The translations under genes were made by a program, and so were the position numbers. Positions 13,501-28,500 of a DNA stretch of 64,000 nucleotides are shown piece by piece. Position 1 is the stretch's first letter; every line of letters begins with the position of its first letter. The DNA is from Phoronis australis (taxonomy: Eukaryota > Animalia > Phoronida), in NCBI GenBank assembly GCA_002633005.1, contig NMRA01000633.1, positions 79,939 through 143,938 on the forward strand, given 5' to 3'. Below the pieces are notes generated by a model. That model did no database searches. It saw only the letters and a program-made list of their open reading frames with translations, and was not told the DNA's origin.

Positions 13501-16500
13501 GGGATAGGCGATGTGTGAGTCATCAAAGCTGGTGTCAGTCTGCAGTACACAGAGAACACATTGCGACAAATGATGATGAAATCATCCATATCACTTAATA
13601 AAATCGTCTGAGTCATATGGAGTCAACTTCCAGTACACAAGCTAACCTTCTGTTATGAGGCAGAAAATTATCCGATTTTTTTAAATCACTTTTATCCGAT
13701 TTACTAAACTTGTCACTTTCTATTTTTGAAAAGATGGCCACATTACCAAAATATATCAAGTGTTGTTTTGCAACTGCTAACGTGGCAAATAAATACATTT
13801 TTCCACCATCATGTTTTCTTACCAGATGATATATTACTATCTATGATCTACTTGAAAAGCCCACGATAAAAGCCTTTGACAGTGTCCTAGTCCTTCTTTT
13901 AGGACCTAAATGTTAAGTGATAGCTGTCATCACATGACTAAATGTTAAGTGATAGCTGTCATCACATGACTAAATGTTAAGTGATAGCTGTCATCACATG
14001 ACTAAATGTTAAGTGATAGCTGTCATCACATGACTAAATGTCAAGTGATAGCTGTCATCACATGACTAAATGTTAACTGATAGCTGTCATCACATGACTA
14101 AATGTTAAGTGATAGTTGTCATCACATGACTAAATGTTAAGTGATAGTTGTCATCACATGACTAAATGTTAAGTGATAGTTGTCATCACATGACTAAATG
14201 TTAAGTGATAGCTGTCATCACACGACTAAATGTTAAGTGATAGTTGTCATCACTTGACTAAATGTTAAGAGATAGCTGTCATCACATGACTAAATTCACC
14301 CCAAAACCCTGTTTACACAAGTGCTGGGATTTAACCCCATAGACGCTCTCAGTCGAAAGTCAGCTGTTTTCAGATTTCCATGACAACTGACAAAAGGTGT
14401 CAATGAAAACAAACCAGTCAAGAAAGCACAGCGTTTTAGACGTCAAGCACAGATGGATGTGGTTAAAATGTCAATAGAAGTATCTACAAATCAGTTGACT
14501 ACAACGCTGAACCTAAACACAAATAACTACTGAAAAGGACAGTAGAAAAGGATCAAATTAAAACAAGGTTGGAAAAACATCTCATGAACTTCAAGAAAAA
14601 CTAGACGCTAAGCAAAACATGTCTCACCCATTTGTGACTTGATCATAACCAAGTGCCAGGGCCTGAAAGATAGTGAAAAACACGTTAAAACATTAGGCAT
14701 AACGGAATACAATGACATTACAACTACACACTATGAACAGTGACCAGACATTACAACTGCATACTATGAACAGTGACCAGACATTACAACTGCATACTAT
14801 GAACAGTGACCAGACATTACAACTGCATACTATGAACAGTGACCAGACATTACAACTACACACTATGAACAGTGACCAGACATTACAACTAAAAACTATG
14901 AACAGTGACCAGACATTACAACTACATACTATGAACAGTGACCAGACATTACAACTAAAAACTATGAACAGTGACCAGACACTACAACTACACACTATGA
15001 ACAGTGACCAGACATTCCAACTACAAACTATGAACAGTGTATATTGGCCCTGTTTGTGCATGGCACTGTGGGTACACACACTGCTGAGATACAATACAAG
15101 GGAATAACACTGTAATTACCAGCCAATCAATGCTCACTATCAAGATGGCACTGCTACCAGGTCAGGTCAACTTGAGCTTTGACAAGTTTCAATTTGTATA
15201 TGTACACAGAGGATAGCACAGAATATTAACTTGTACATGTGCATGCTGAATAGTATAGAATGTCAATTTGACATTATTATGAGTTTTCAGCTATGGCAGC
15301 ATGCATTTTTGAGATTGTCAAGCATGTCATTTGGTCCAAATTTAATACTTCAGTCTGCAAAGAAAATGCAGCTGACCTGGGACACACAAAACAAGGCCAA
15401 TATCTTACATAACACACAAGTCTCTGGGGGAAATCGCCATCTTCTTAAGCAGAAGACAATATCTCATATCTCACTAGCTTTCATTTATGTGTGACCAGTG
15501 TTACTCATTCAAATCAAACATCATTTGTTAAAATTTCAGTGATTTTCTTTTATCTTCGATCATACTCACATATCCATGTCACTCACCTTTTCAAAACGAA
15601 ACCCAAAACAACTCTGAGGAAACATGTACCAAGTTGCAAAACTGCAACAGTAAAATCTCAGCAATTTGTTTCCATTTTTCAAAAGCATCAAACATTACAG
15701 TTGTGAATGAACACAATATCTCACCACATTGTGAATGTGCACAATATCTTACCACATTGTCTGGTGGTAGCTATGATATACAACTTAAAGTGACATTAAA
15801 CCTTCAGTGTTTTCTGTAAAAACTTGATTTAGGTTGCTTAAAATTCTAAAATTGGTCTCAAATTGCTCCCCAGTCAAATTTGAGGGACTTTCAGAAAGTG
15901 ACACCCTGTTGTTGCTTCAGACCAACCTCATAAACTTTACGAAAGAAATAAGGTACAGAAAGTTGTTAAACTGAATAAGGAATACGACGAGACCATTTAT
16001 ACAATGGTATGTGGCGTAAATCAAAACCTGTTTTTTTGAAAAAAAGCATGCAGTACTTCGTTGGTTGTATAAAAAATGAAACAAAATTTCACATGTCTGC
16101 CATGGTATGTCCCAAACTGATGAGATTTTACAGTAGTGCAACATCTAAAGTAGCCCTACAGGTCATGCTGAGGTCATGCAGAGGTCATGCCAGTGACCCT
16201 CAGATCACGCTAAGCATGCCCACTGACCCTTACATCAGGCCGAGCCTCTGTCCACATACGGCCCTGGCCATACTGTGTCTTCTTCTTGTTACCGCCATCA
16301 GCAAACTTGACCAGCAGACCTTCAGTACCACCTGCAGAATAGGCAGACTCGCGTAACATAACAATGGTAGCAGTAATACTGAATGCGGCAATATGTGGTA
16401 CAATCATCTATTGTAGAATACTAAGAGAGTGATACTGCGACTTTATTTCAAAGTAGTCTACAGGTCAACTGTTTTCAATTTTGTATAAGTAATCATTTCA

Positions 16501-19500
16501 AGCTAATATTTAGCTTCAACGGAATTGATTAAGTCTTTGTCCACATCAATATGCATTGAGTTTTCACCTCCCTTCACTTGCATTCTTTTGTTTTCAACAG
16601 TTGTGTGTTGCAGGCAATCTTCAATGCAATGCCAATGGTGAAGTCTATTATATCTATTGTACATGTTGTCTATGTGTTGCAGGCAATCTTCAATGCAATG
16701 CCAATGGTGAAGTCTATTATATCTATTGTACATGTTGTCTATGTGGTAAGAGCAAAATCAGAGGACAGGTGTCACTACCTGCAAAGGATCATTTCAGTAA
16801 TATTCACCATTATCCAACGGAGGCTTTTGTTCCAGATTACTTGATCTTCTTATAATTATTATTGCACTTTGCCTAACAGTAATAATGTGCTGTTTACTTC
16901 ACACTTGGCTATTACAGAATAAACTTCTTGTCGAGTACTTAGCAAATCAGGGTGATGCAATAATTTCTACAAATTATCAGAATAACAGTTACGAGTATAT
17001 TCAGGGCTTCATCCAGGATTTCGAACATAGGGTGTCCAAAATGGGTTCCCAATATTCCAGGGCGTCCATGATTCCAACGACGCATTACCCTCCCCCCCCT
17101 CCCCNNNNNNNNNNNNNNNNNNNNNNNNAAAAAACTGTTGATAAAGACTTTTATGTTTAAATTTACGAAAACAGCCAAAAAGCTTACCAAACAGGTATTA
17201 CAGATATTACAGATATTGGTTGAACGATGAGTGCACTGTTTTTGGTCATCTCAAGTCAAATTCTGTTATAAAGTTTATTATATCAACTTCACTAGCTTTA
17301 TATTCTGTACAATGAGTCATCAAAGCTGCAGTTACCAACAAAAGAAAAATGCACAGATGATGTGTGGTTTATATTTTGGCAACAGGTGTCACTGCTGCTC
17401 CATTTTAGACGCACATACAAAAGCATGAAACGGGCGAAAACTCAAACATTTTAAATGGGGATATTCTTGCGGCACATCATATTATTAAAATAATGACATT
17501 TATTTCGCTTTTGGTGTTTTCAAAAAAAGATGAAGTAGATGAAACTACAGCTCTGAAACACCAGTTTGGAGTTGAGCAAGGTCCGTGTCCCTATATAAAG
17601 TACAGAATTGCGGTGGCACATGAGTCTACTGAAAGCAGACACTCTGGCAACCAAACAGGTGCTAATGATTGACAGGTCTACCAAATGCTTTGAAAATAGT
17701 TTGAACATTGCAACATTTGAAATACATTGTATATTTCTTTCTGAGTTGAAAGGGCCAACTTCTCTCTTTGATTAACTGGGAGTCTTAGTAATCTTACAAT
17801 GTGGGTGTCCAAACTGGAGAAATTCTGATTGACAGGGTGTCCAAATGATACATTGGGCGTCCTTGCCGGAGTGTCCACATTAGTGCTAGGTGGCAGGACG
17901 TACGCTGCATGAAGGCCTGTAATTCCGTAGACAGACTTTCTACTTTGCTGAAGGGAGGCTCAATTTTTTAACAGTTTTGTACGGTGCATGACAAAATTTC
18001 TGAGGAAGGAAAAGAAACCTAATGGGATAGGTGTCCTTAACTCAAGGTAGAGGGTACAAGTCCTACTGGGGATCCCTGCTAGACCCTTGGGTCAGATCTC
18101 TAGCTCCTCAAGCTTGTCTGGTACAACGTGTACCAGGTCACATGCAATTATTTTTTTAACACTTCGAGTTTATTATGCAGACAACCTTGGTACTTCAAGA
18201 GAGATTAAACATTTAATAATTAGTTCTGCAGAGCACATGACAAAATTTCTGACTTAAGTAGGACTGTAGTCATTCAGACATAACTGTTTTACCTGGAAGG
18301 AACTTGGTGTTCCACTGGTCAATAATCTTCTGACACATTTCCTTTGTCTCCATACGACAGAAGCCAACACCGCGTGTCTTCCCACTGTGATCACGGAGGA
18401 TGCGTGTGGATATGACAGAACCAAATGGAATAAACATCTGCTCCAAGTAGCGGTCGTCCACGTACTCGGGAAGGTTGGCGACATATATGTTAGTTGGGTC
18501 TTGTTCTTGTTGCTACATAGAGAAATATTGAACATGTGAAAGAAGCAACATGAAGCAGGGGAATTAAATCTACAAACATTTTCACGGCATTCCAGCATCT
18601 ATTTCATTTTTTATCAACATTTTCTCCCTTTAAACATAGACTGTGAACCAGATACAGGGTAAAACAAAACCATCATGATACAGGGTAGAACAAAACCATC
18701 ATGATACAGGGTAAAACAAAACCATCATGATACAGGGTAAAACAAAACCATCATGATACAGGGTAGAACAAAACCATCATGATACAGGGTAGAACAAAAC
18801 CATCATGATACAAGGTAGAACAAAACCATCATGATACAGGGTAGAACAAAACCATCATGATACTAAGAAACAACAACTAAATCGAAAGTTGTTACAGAAC
18901 TGAGGATTCTTCGATTTGCAACTAACATCAATTGTATCAAATGCTTTGCTTAAATCTAAAAAACGATGCACTTAATTTTGGCTCTAAGGGCTACACCCTG
19001 CTATGATCAAATATTGCCAATATTATGAAGGTTATGTAGGACCTTCTCTGTGTAGCCCATTATCTGCAAAACCATAGATTGTATCTGAGTAAAAGTACAG
19101 TATATATTGTTTTAAGTAGAAACCCTGCACAATTTGGTCTTTGACTTTTTAAGAATCTGTCACGTGATCAAGCCTTTTTAGGAAACACCGATACAAAAAT
19201 TTACGGTACAACAATAACAAAACAAAGCAATCCATGAGATGGCAAAGTTGGGTTTCCTATAAATATGCTCAAGATGCATTCTAAAAAAATACAAGAGCAA
19301 TGTGGAGCGTTGAAAAGTGCCCAAGAATGCACCGCAAACGGAGTGAATCTACGATTGTTTATTTGTTTCGTAAAAGAGCCACTAGAGGGCGAAAAAATGT
19401 CTATTACATCAGAAAATGGGAACATGCCATCGCTTCTTTAATAGAAAGCTATTTACCAAATTTCATAAAAATCTGTCAAGGAACTTCAGAGGAACAAAGG

Positions 19501-22500
19501 AAAACAGAAAAAATGAAGGTCCCACTACGGGACACAGCCTTCATTGGATCAACCTGAAAGACGTCGTCATCTGTTGTTAGCTTCATATAAATAGCATAAA
19601 TGAATTTAATAAAGATCCTGCAGTGAGTTTAGGAGATGCAGCTATGAGTGCAAAACAAAACAAAACTACCACTACGAGGCGCTACAGTAGTCGCATTCCT
19701 TATTGTCAACCGTCCTCTTCACACTTAGAACACATACGCCAATTTTAAAAGTCATCCTCAGAATGGTTTGGTTGATCGAGGGGTGGACGCCAAAAAACAA
19801 GACTTAAAAACAGGAAAAATGGCCGATAGGTGGCGCAAAGTACCTCGATTCCATCCGAAAGCAGGAGGATAGCATCATCTCACCAGCAAATGCCTATATT
19901 CCAAACTTTCTGATAATTCGTTGAGGACCTTTGAAAATACAGAGGTAAGACTAAAAAATGAAATTGCCACTAGGGGGCACACTGGTACTCAGATCCATCC
20001 AAAATTTGTTGTCATCCATTGTCAACATCACACAAATACACTTGCAGAATTTAGTAAAGATCCTGCTAATAGTTTAGGAGATACAGCCATGGGCGCAAAA
20101 AGAGACAAAACTGCCACTAGGAGGCGCCACAGTAGTCAAAATCGTCGGAAAATCATCGTCAATTGTCCTCTTCATAATAAAAACATACATGCCAATTTCC
20201 AAAATCATTCTTAGAGCGGTTTTGTTGATAGAGGGGTGGACGCCAAAAAAACAGACTCGAAAATAGCAAAAATGTCCACTAGGTGGCACAAACTATGTCG
20301 AATTCATCTGAAAACAGGCGGATAGCGTCATCTCACTAATAGATGCCTGTATGCCATATTTTATGAAAATACGCTGAGGACCTTTGAAAATATAGAGGTA
20401 AGCGTAAAAAACTAAAATTGCCACTAGGGGGCACACCAGTATCGCTCCTGCCGCCCATCCATGATAGGAACATATGTGCATAATTTCATGAACATACGTT
20501 ATAGGGTTTTGGAGATAGAGCAGCGGACGTCGGATGCCGGACGGACAGATGCCGAACGGACGGAGATGACGGCATAATGCGTCCACATATAAATACGTGG
20601 GCGCATAAAAATGTCATGTTACCGTAGTCTTGTTGAAGTTTTTGAGATTTTTCATAGCATTTCATACATAAGTGCAACATTTTAAAAACAATTCTGAAAG
20701 TTTCATGCGAATGCAATTTGCCATTCGGAAGATATGAAGTTCCAAAGTTGGTCAAAATTGGTCAGTTTTCTATGGTCCTACATAACCTTTAATGCCTTTT
20801 CAGACACTCACTTTAGCCATCTGTGCCTGTACCCCTTGAGACTGTAGTGCATGCACTGCTCTTTCTGCAGCCTGAGGGCTCTCAAAGTCAACAAATCCAT
20901 AACCTGCAGCAAACACAAAGGTTGTCTTAACACAACTATTCTAATGCCATCATCATCTTATAAATTGCTACTTTAAGCAATTACACCAATTAACATACAT
21001 CCTATAGTTTAAGTTATACAGTCCAAGTGCCTTGCTACAATCTGTGATAGTTAGTCACATCTACGGCAACTTGCACCAGCGAATATTGGTCAATGTTTGT
21101 TGGAAATTAGTTGTAGCTCCATCCTGCCCTGTTTATCTTGCTAATAAAATCAAAATTGGGCATTTTACTCTAAGATAACAGTATCATATTATTGCTTACA
21201 TTGATAGAATTCCATGTAACATTTTGCAAAGAAAATAGAATCCCATCAAGGCGGGGAATACTACGAGACTGGTTTTATGAGAGTAAAAAGAAAAAATCCA
21301 TATTAGCTTTTTTTATTTTTTAGCCACCTGAAAAGGCCAAAATGAAGCTTGAACATCGATTATTCACAAAATTACTTCACAGTAGTTTTTCATAAAAACC
21401 CACTCAGCCCAAATTAGGTCAAGCAGCAATCACCCTCTTCAAACTGAAATTAACAAAGTCAGCACTGATGAAACACCCTGTTGAAGACATGAATCAGCTC
21501 CAATCAAATCATGATTTTTGTTGTGTGTAGTTAGGAATTCTAAGTCCATGGATTGAGAAACAAAACTAAGAGTTCCACCAAAACACAAAACCAGGTCAAT
21601 GGTTTATCGTGTTGCATGGGGCTTCAATGTTCTATGAAGTACAGTTGTCATTCAAAGCGAATAGGAATCGATTTTTGTTGTGTTTGATCTTTTGGTGTAT
21701 TTAAGCTGATAATGATGCTGAAACTGACCCACACTGCTGGGTCTCTGTGGGCACACTTTCCCACACTGTCGGCATTCCGTGGGTACACTGACCCACACTG
21801 CTGGGACTCTGTGAGCACACTAACCCACACTGCCGGGCTCTGTGGGCACTCACCCACACTGCCAGGGCTCTGTGGGCACACTCACCCACACTGCTGGGGT
21901 TCTGTGAGCATACTGACCCACACTCCCAGGGCTATGTGGGCACACTTACCCATCACAGTTATTTTCTAAGCGGAAAGCCAGCAACATGATACCATGGATA
22001 ATGAGATAATAGCAAATAGACTATTACACATCATATCCACAGTAAATAGACTGTTACACATCATATCCATACCTTTGCATTTGTTTGTCGCCTGGTCAAT
22101 TATTGCTTTTGTTGATGTTATCTTGCCATACCTGTAAACATAGACATACATTAAATACCACCAAAATGAGTACAAAACATGGAGTTGCATTTTAATACAT
22201 TACAAAAACAATGCAGAGCATTGAAATGTGCCCACAACTGCACCGAAAACTGTGTGCTTCTTAGGGGTGTTTATTAGTGTCATAAAAATTCCTATTAGCC
22301 AGCACAAGATACATTACCTATCCATAAATTGGAAGATGTCGTCGTCTCTCAAAACTATTTGCCAAAATTCATGAACATCTGTCTAAAAACAAAAGGCAAA
22401 TGCAAAAAATTGCCATTAGGAACCACAGCGGTAGTCAAATCCATCCAATCTGCTGTCAAGTTAACAGGAATGCAACTGCAAAGTTTCAAAAACATCTTGC

Positions 22501-25500
22501 AAGGGGTTTAGACGATACAGCCGTAGTATCCAAAGTATCTAGACCCGCTTTTGTCAGTAGGAACACACCAGCCAGTTTTCATAACGATTCTCTGCGCAGT
22601 TTGGCAGATATAGAAGCTGACAGCAAAAAACAGGCTCAAACATAATTTAAAATTGCCACTAGTTGGTGCATTCATCACAAAAATAAAGGTGCTGTCACCT
22701 TCATAACACAAACTTGCTTGCCAAATTTCATGAAAAAGTATCGAGGAAGTTACAGTGGCAAACGTATAAAATAAAATTGCCACAAGGAACCACAACTGAA
22801 TATGGACTGGTCTGAAACTGGCCGTCATCTGTTGCCATATATGGACTGGTCTGGAACTGGCCGTCATCTGTTGCCATATATGGACTGGTCTGAAACTGGC
22901 CGTCATCTGTCACCATCTCCATAGGAATACAAGTGCCAAACTTCACCTCCAGAGTAGTCGAACACATTCGAAAATCAACGTCTGTCCTTCAAGTGGTTTA
23001 GTGGATGGAGGGTGACTGGAATTTTTAAAATGCCCACCAGGTAGTGCTGTGTAAGTCAAATCCGTTCGAAAATGAGAAGGCGTTGTTGTCGTGTCCTTAT
23101 TAGAAACCTATCTGCATAATGTCATGATAATAAAAACAGCCACTGTACGTTGAATCTATCTGGAAACGGGAACATGTCATACTCGCTTTAATAAACCTAT
23201 TAATTAAATTTCATAAAAATCATCATTTGGACTCTCAGTTTTGTAATCGTGTATAAACTGGAGTGTGATGGTACTCACTGATTACACAGATTGATCAGGT
23301 CATTATCTGTTGTGTTGGGGGTCAATCCACGGATATACAGGTTGGTCTTACTCAGAGACTCGCCTGAACCTGACCAACTTTGGGTGCCACTTGACTGGCT
23401 TCCTGGACTTGGTGCTGGCATGGCTCTTGGTGAATACGCCTATAATGATACAGCACAAGTCTAGTCAAGACCAAACAGATCAACTAATACAATATAATAT
23501 GACAAGAAGAAACAATACTACTTCGGATACAAAATATTTTGAGTAGTTCTAGCAAAATTAAGTGAAATAATAAAACTGAGTTAGAAATTGGAGAGAAACA
23601 AAGTATGATGGCAAGAGAAGATGGAAGTTCTAATGTCCATCAATGGTGTCCAGAGATAAACATGTTGGAGAAACAACTGAGATGCCTTTAAACCCTTTGA
23701 TGGCACTGTTCACAGCAGACAGCCTCTCTACATATGCAAACTATTTTGAATCCCTTTCCAACTTAGTTAGATTCATACTAAAAATGGCCTGTCAATTCAA
23801 TGACACTGCCAATTGTCAAATTTCACAGAAACACTATCAGGGAGAGCAAACCTACAAGTCACATTGATAATGACTTAACAGAATACACTTACAATACTCA
23901 GCCATCAACACACACACACACACACACACGATACAAGCAGATGAAAAATTTTTGGACATGACCGATTTCCGTTTTATTGTGAAACCTCATCAATATTTTG
24001 TACAAAAATTGCCAGAGATTTCCCTTTTTATTTTCAAACATTTCCAATACTGTTCATGCCACATTTGCCTGCTATAGTAGAGAACTTGACAAAAGTAAAG
24101 CGTTACTTTGCATGCCCTCATGAAATTTAAACAGCCAAGTTAGGACGCATTTTCAGCATTTAAACGCCCAAGTAAGAAAGTGAGCACAGATGTCCCTGTT
24201 AACTTTTAACTGGTTTGCATCATCTCTAGAAGATAATTGGCCTGTCCAGAATACTTAAGTTTCTTTAGATTTGGTAAAAGATACAAACAGAACCATGTCT
24301 CCACAGCCATTTGACTTGAGGGTATAAAAATACATCATAGCAGATTATAGGTCATAGATGCCCTGAGAAATTAAGTAAGGCAGTTTCTAACAGGGTGACA
24401 GCTAACGACACCTTGTGGTAGTTAAGTGTAGCACCAGAAGCACAGTAATATCAGGGCTCGACGCTATTAAAATCGGCAGGTCGCATTTTGCGACCTAGCT
24501 AAAATCTCAGGTCGCATTTTCAAAATCCAGCTCGCATTCGTAAATGCCAGGTCGCAAAATTTTCCCGCCATTTTTATGCGCCAAAATAGATTTTTTAGAT
24601 CATCGAGAAAATGTTTAGATTATGCTCTTACCTGCAGCGTTAAATACTCACAATTTTCGGATCTCAAAACTGACTTCATTCATGCAGGTACGGCCTTACT
24701 GTTATTCACGACCGCCATTGAAAGACTCTAGAGCGCAAGGCAAGTTGCCGATGTGAAAGTTGAATCAGTGCTCTCTGACTTGTGCATTCGAGTAGCTAAA
24801 TTTGCGATGTGAAAAGGGGAGAAAATGCCCGTTGAAAAAGTATCCCGGATTTTGTTAGATCTGGCCTGCTACTGGCTGTCATCAAAGTCGTTAAAGATTC
24901 AAACTAACTTGGGTAATGGCGAGTTTGCTCTTCAATACCTTCCAAGTACGAAACAAATAGGTCAGTCACAAAACGACACGCATGTCACTAGTGTTAACTT
25001 TCTTTCCGAGGTATAAAACAAAGCCGGGATTTGGTTTTTACACATTGTGAAATGACGCTTTTGAAAACTGAAGTTGTGTAAAATGAAAGTGACACACCAT
25101 ACAAGCTGCGTGTCAATTTTAAACCACACGCGGTCGTTTGTAGTGCGCTATGATGGGCGCTAGCTTGAACTGTAGGCGCTTAATTGGAAATTCTCAAAAT
25201 TTAAGGGGGACTTTTAATACATCAGTGAGCGCTTATTATGAAACACTTTAAAGGTAGGGAGTAGGCTTGTGAGTAAGCATAGTCGTTAACCTCAGTGTTT
25301 GCGGTAATAAGATATTAAAACGCTGTAATGGTAAGAAACGTTACAATAATACGATTTTGCGAGACAAACTTCATCTAGTAGGAGTGACTTTCTGGATATC
25401 GTTACCACCTACATTGTACATTGTACCCTTTTTAGCCACCTCCATTGTACCCTTTTTAGCCACCTCCATTGTACCCTTTTTAGCCACCTACATTGTACCC

Positions 25501-28500
25501 TTTTTAGCCACCTACATTGTACCCTTTTTAGCCACCTACATTGTACCCTTTTTAGCCACCTACATTGTACCCTTTTTAGCCACCTACATTGTACCCTTTT
25601 TAGCCACCCGGAATGATTTTGTTTTTAAATGCCCGCTTCAGCCGTAACAAGGTTGTTTCTATAGGAGTCTGAACATTTTACGGCGACGGTGGTTCGGGGA
25701 GCGAGAAGTTGCCGCGAGGGAGGGGGTGTATAAAGAGAAAAATGAAAAGTTCACTAACTTGAACCACAATTTCGCATCTAGTGCCAGTTTAGTTGCAATA
25801 GCTGGCTACGGGCATAGAATACAGGGTTTACAGAACATCGACCTCGGGAAACATCGTAACAGGAAAACGTCAGTTATGGGTTATATCGGTCCCGGGACAT
25901 CGGGTCTTTTATAATCGCTGGAAATCTGAGTTCAATTTCAAATAAACCAGAGCCAAACCGGTATACTCTTTCATTTAGGACTGTCGCTGTTCTTTGAAGT
26001 GGTGCGCACGCATGAGTTCACGCACTTGAATCGCTGGAGTAGGCCTACACTTTACGTTGGCAACAACGTGTGAAAGACAAATCATATTTCGCGCACGTAG
26101 CCACAGAAACAAGTAAAGGGTTTGAGAATTTCTTGGCAACTGAAAGTAAAGACGTGACCGTCGTTTGGCGATTAATAGGGTTGTCATTTTCACTTTGGCC
26201 GTCTTAATACGATAAAAAGGAGAAGCACATCTCAGTCTAAGTCACGATTGTCTGCCGGGACCGCTTGCGCGCTAACGGTGCCGCAGTGCGATATCAGGGA
26301 TATTGTCGTGGATATTTGGTACATGTAATAAGGACATCTTATGTGAAAAATAAACATTTTTGTCCACCACAAAGTTTGGTAAGTTGATCGCTTAAGAATT
26401 AATAGAAACACCGTTGTTTTGTGAAGTTTTATCACGTGTTAAGCAGTGGCCCGAAACTTTCTTCGGCGAATCCGGGAATTTACAAAAGTGGCCGAAAGTG
26501 TTAGCCAATGAAACGCGTCAAAGATCGATTCTGTATATCCCATGTTCACGCGACATGCTTACAAGTCAACGGGAGGGCTGTTCTCGGTTAGTGTTCTTTT
26601 GAACTTGGATTTGGCAACAACCAAATAACGGTCGGATTAACAAGAGCTGCTTTGTATTTGCCAGGTATCTGTTGAGAAGTGTAAAAACTCAGCTCGCATT
26701 CGTTGGAAATTCCAGGTCGCATTTTGCGACTTGATACGAGCTGACCAAAATCTCAGCTCGCATTTCCAAATTTCAGGTCGCAAATGCGACCTGCAGCTCG
26801 TTATGTCGAGCCCTGAATATTGATATCAACAGGACATACGGTAGACTGCTCCATTAACTGCACATACCGTAAACAGCTCCATCACGTTTTTACCTCAGAG
26901 GTGTCACACATGTTAGAAAGGGTGTGGTGAGATTAAACAACACCTGACCACAAAACAACAGATATCAGTGTATTTCTTTCGACTTAAACTTTAGTGTGAA
27001 TATTTTAACAGATATAAATCCAACTATCACCTACACCCGCACATGGACATCTAATCCAAGTTTGTTTGAGTAAAACACAACAGTCACAAGGTGTCACCAC
27101 AGTACAATGACCTAACCTTCAAGTTTGTTTGAGTAAAACACAACAGCCACAAGGTGTCACCACAGTACAATGACCTAACCTCCAAGTTTGGTGGAGTAAA
27201 ACAGAACAGTCACAAGGTGTCACCACAGTACAATGACCTAACCTCCAAGTTTGGTAGAGTAAAACACAACAGTCACAAGGTGTCACCACAGTACACTGAC
27301 CTAATCTCTACCGATGAACACCTGCGCTACTTTACCTATTGAGCACACAACACGACGGACAACTGAAATTTTATTTTTTCAAACTTCTCAACAAACAGCA
27401 AACTTAAGAAAATCGTAGTCTATTATTAACTTGTCTTCAAATAATTTCATCTGGTTGGTGACTAACAATAGACACGGGACAATTTATTTTTCCATCCAAA
27501 AAGTTTTAAAAATACCTGCTGAAATTTTCAACACCTGCCTTTCCTTGTGTCTTCATCAGTGCAAGGAGAAAAATAATTTTAAATAAAAGATAAGAGAGCC
27601 GATCCACATCAGAAAAGGGAGGTCACCTATGAACCGTGATGGAGGTGGATGTAAACTTGGTGCAACATACAACATCCTGTGTACAGCGCCACCTGGTATG
27701 CACCTTAGAAAATATCATGGACGGCAGATGACGAAAATTTCTGCAGGTACTTTTAACGTTTTTTGGATGGAAAAAATGAATTTTCCTGTGTCTATCATAA
27801 TTAGCTTGGATTGAACAGGATAGATTCCATAAAACAACATTTCGTGAAGTTCCCATTCGCTGCAAAAAAGTAACCAGCCTTTGAAAACTATACAGTTTTG
27901 ACAATTACTTTCATGCAAAACAAATGAAGAATTGTGATAGCCCCACACAGTACCATAAAAAGGCCAGGAAATAACAGGCAACATTAGCAGCTAAATGGTG
28001 ACGTCTGGGTCAATGTTCCCTACATGAGTATTTTTGATCATGTCATGAGATGAACACTAAGTCTAATTGCCAGTTTATGAGCAACAATTTAGAGAGTGAC
28101 AATCTATTTTATGAGCAACAATTTAGAGAGTGACAATCTATTTTATGAGCAACAGTTTAGAGAGTGACAATCTATTTTATGAGCAACAGTATAAGGAGAA
28201 ACAATCCATTTTTGACATCCATGAACAGTTTATCACAAAAGGTTACTGGAATGCGCCTGCAGAAATTTTGTGCAAGCAACACAAAACAAAAAGTCACAAA
28301 ATCCACCACTGTTTGACATTTAAAGGCCCTTTCATATTGATTTAACTCCGGTCCGAGAGGAGTGTCGACGTAAACAGCGCAGTTAACTGGACCGTTCATA
28401 CTGGCTTCGGTAGTTAATGAACATCAAAGTAAGCGGTTGTGTGCCGCTGTCGTCATCAAAGTTATCGCAAGGTAGCGTTGCACGCTAAGATTTTTTTCAA

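Noticed and set aside
13906-15038. CRISPR-like 32/33-bp repeat arrays (also 1047, 7140, 18651)
   Set aside because: Head-to-tail repeats with no unique spacers, no cas genes, eukaryotic intron context.
14693-15107. Repetitive ORFs ([11 protein letters not shown])n and similar at 12320, 25357, 39243, 45181
   Set aside because: Open frames arise from tandem repeats with periods divisible by 3 or from CA microsatellites.
21464-21495. Hammerhead-like CTGATGA core (also minus strand near 27555)
   Set aside because: No GAAA closing a paired stem II and no stem I/III complementarity.
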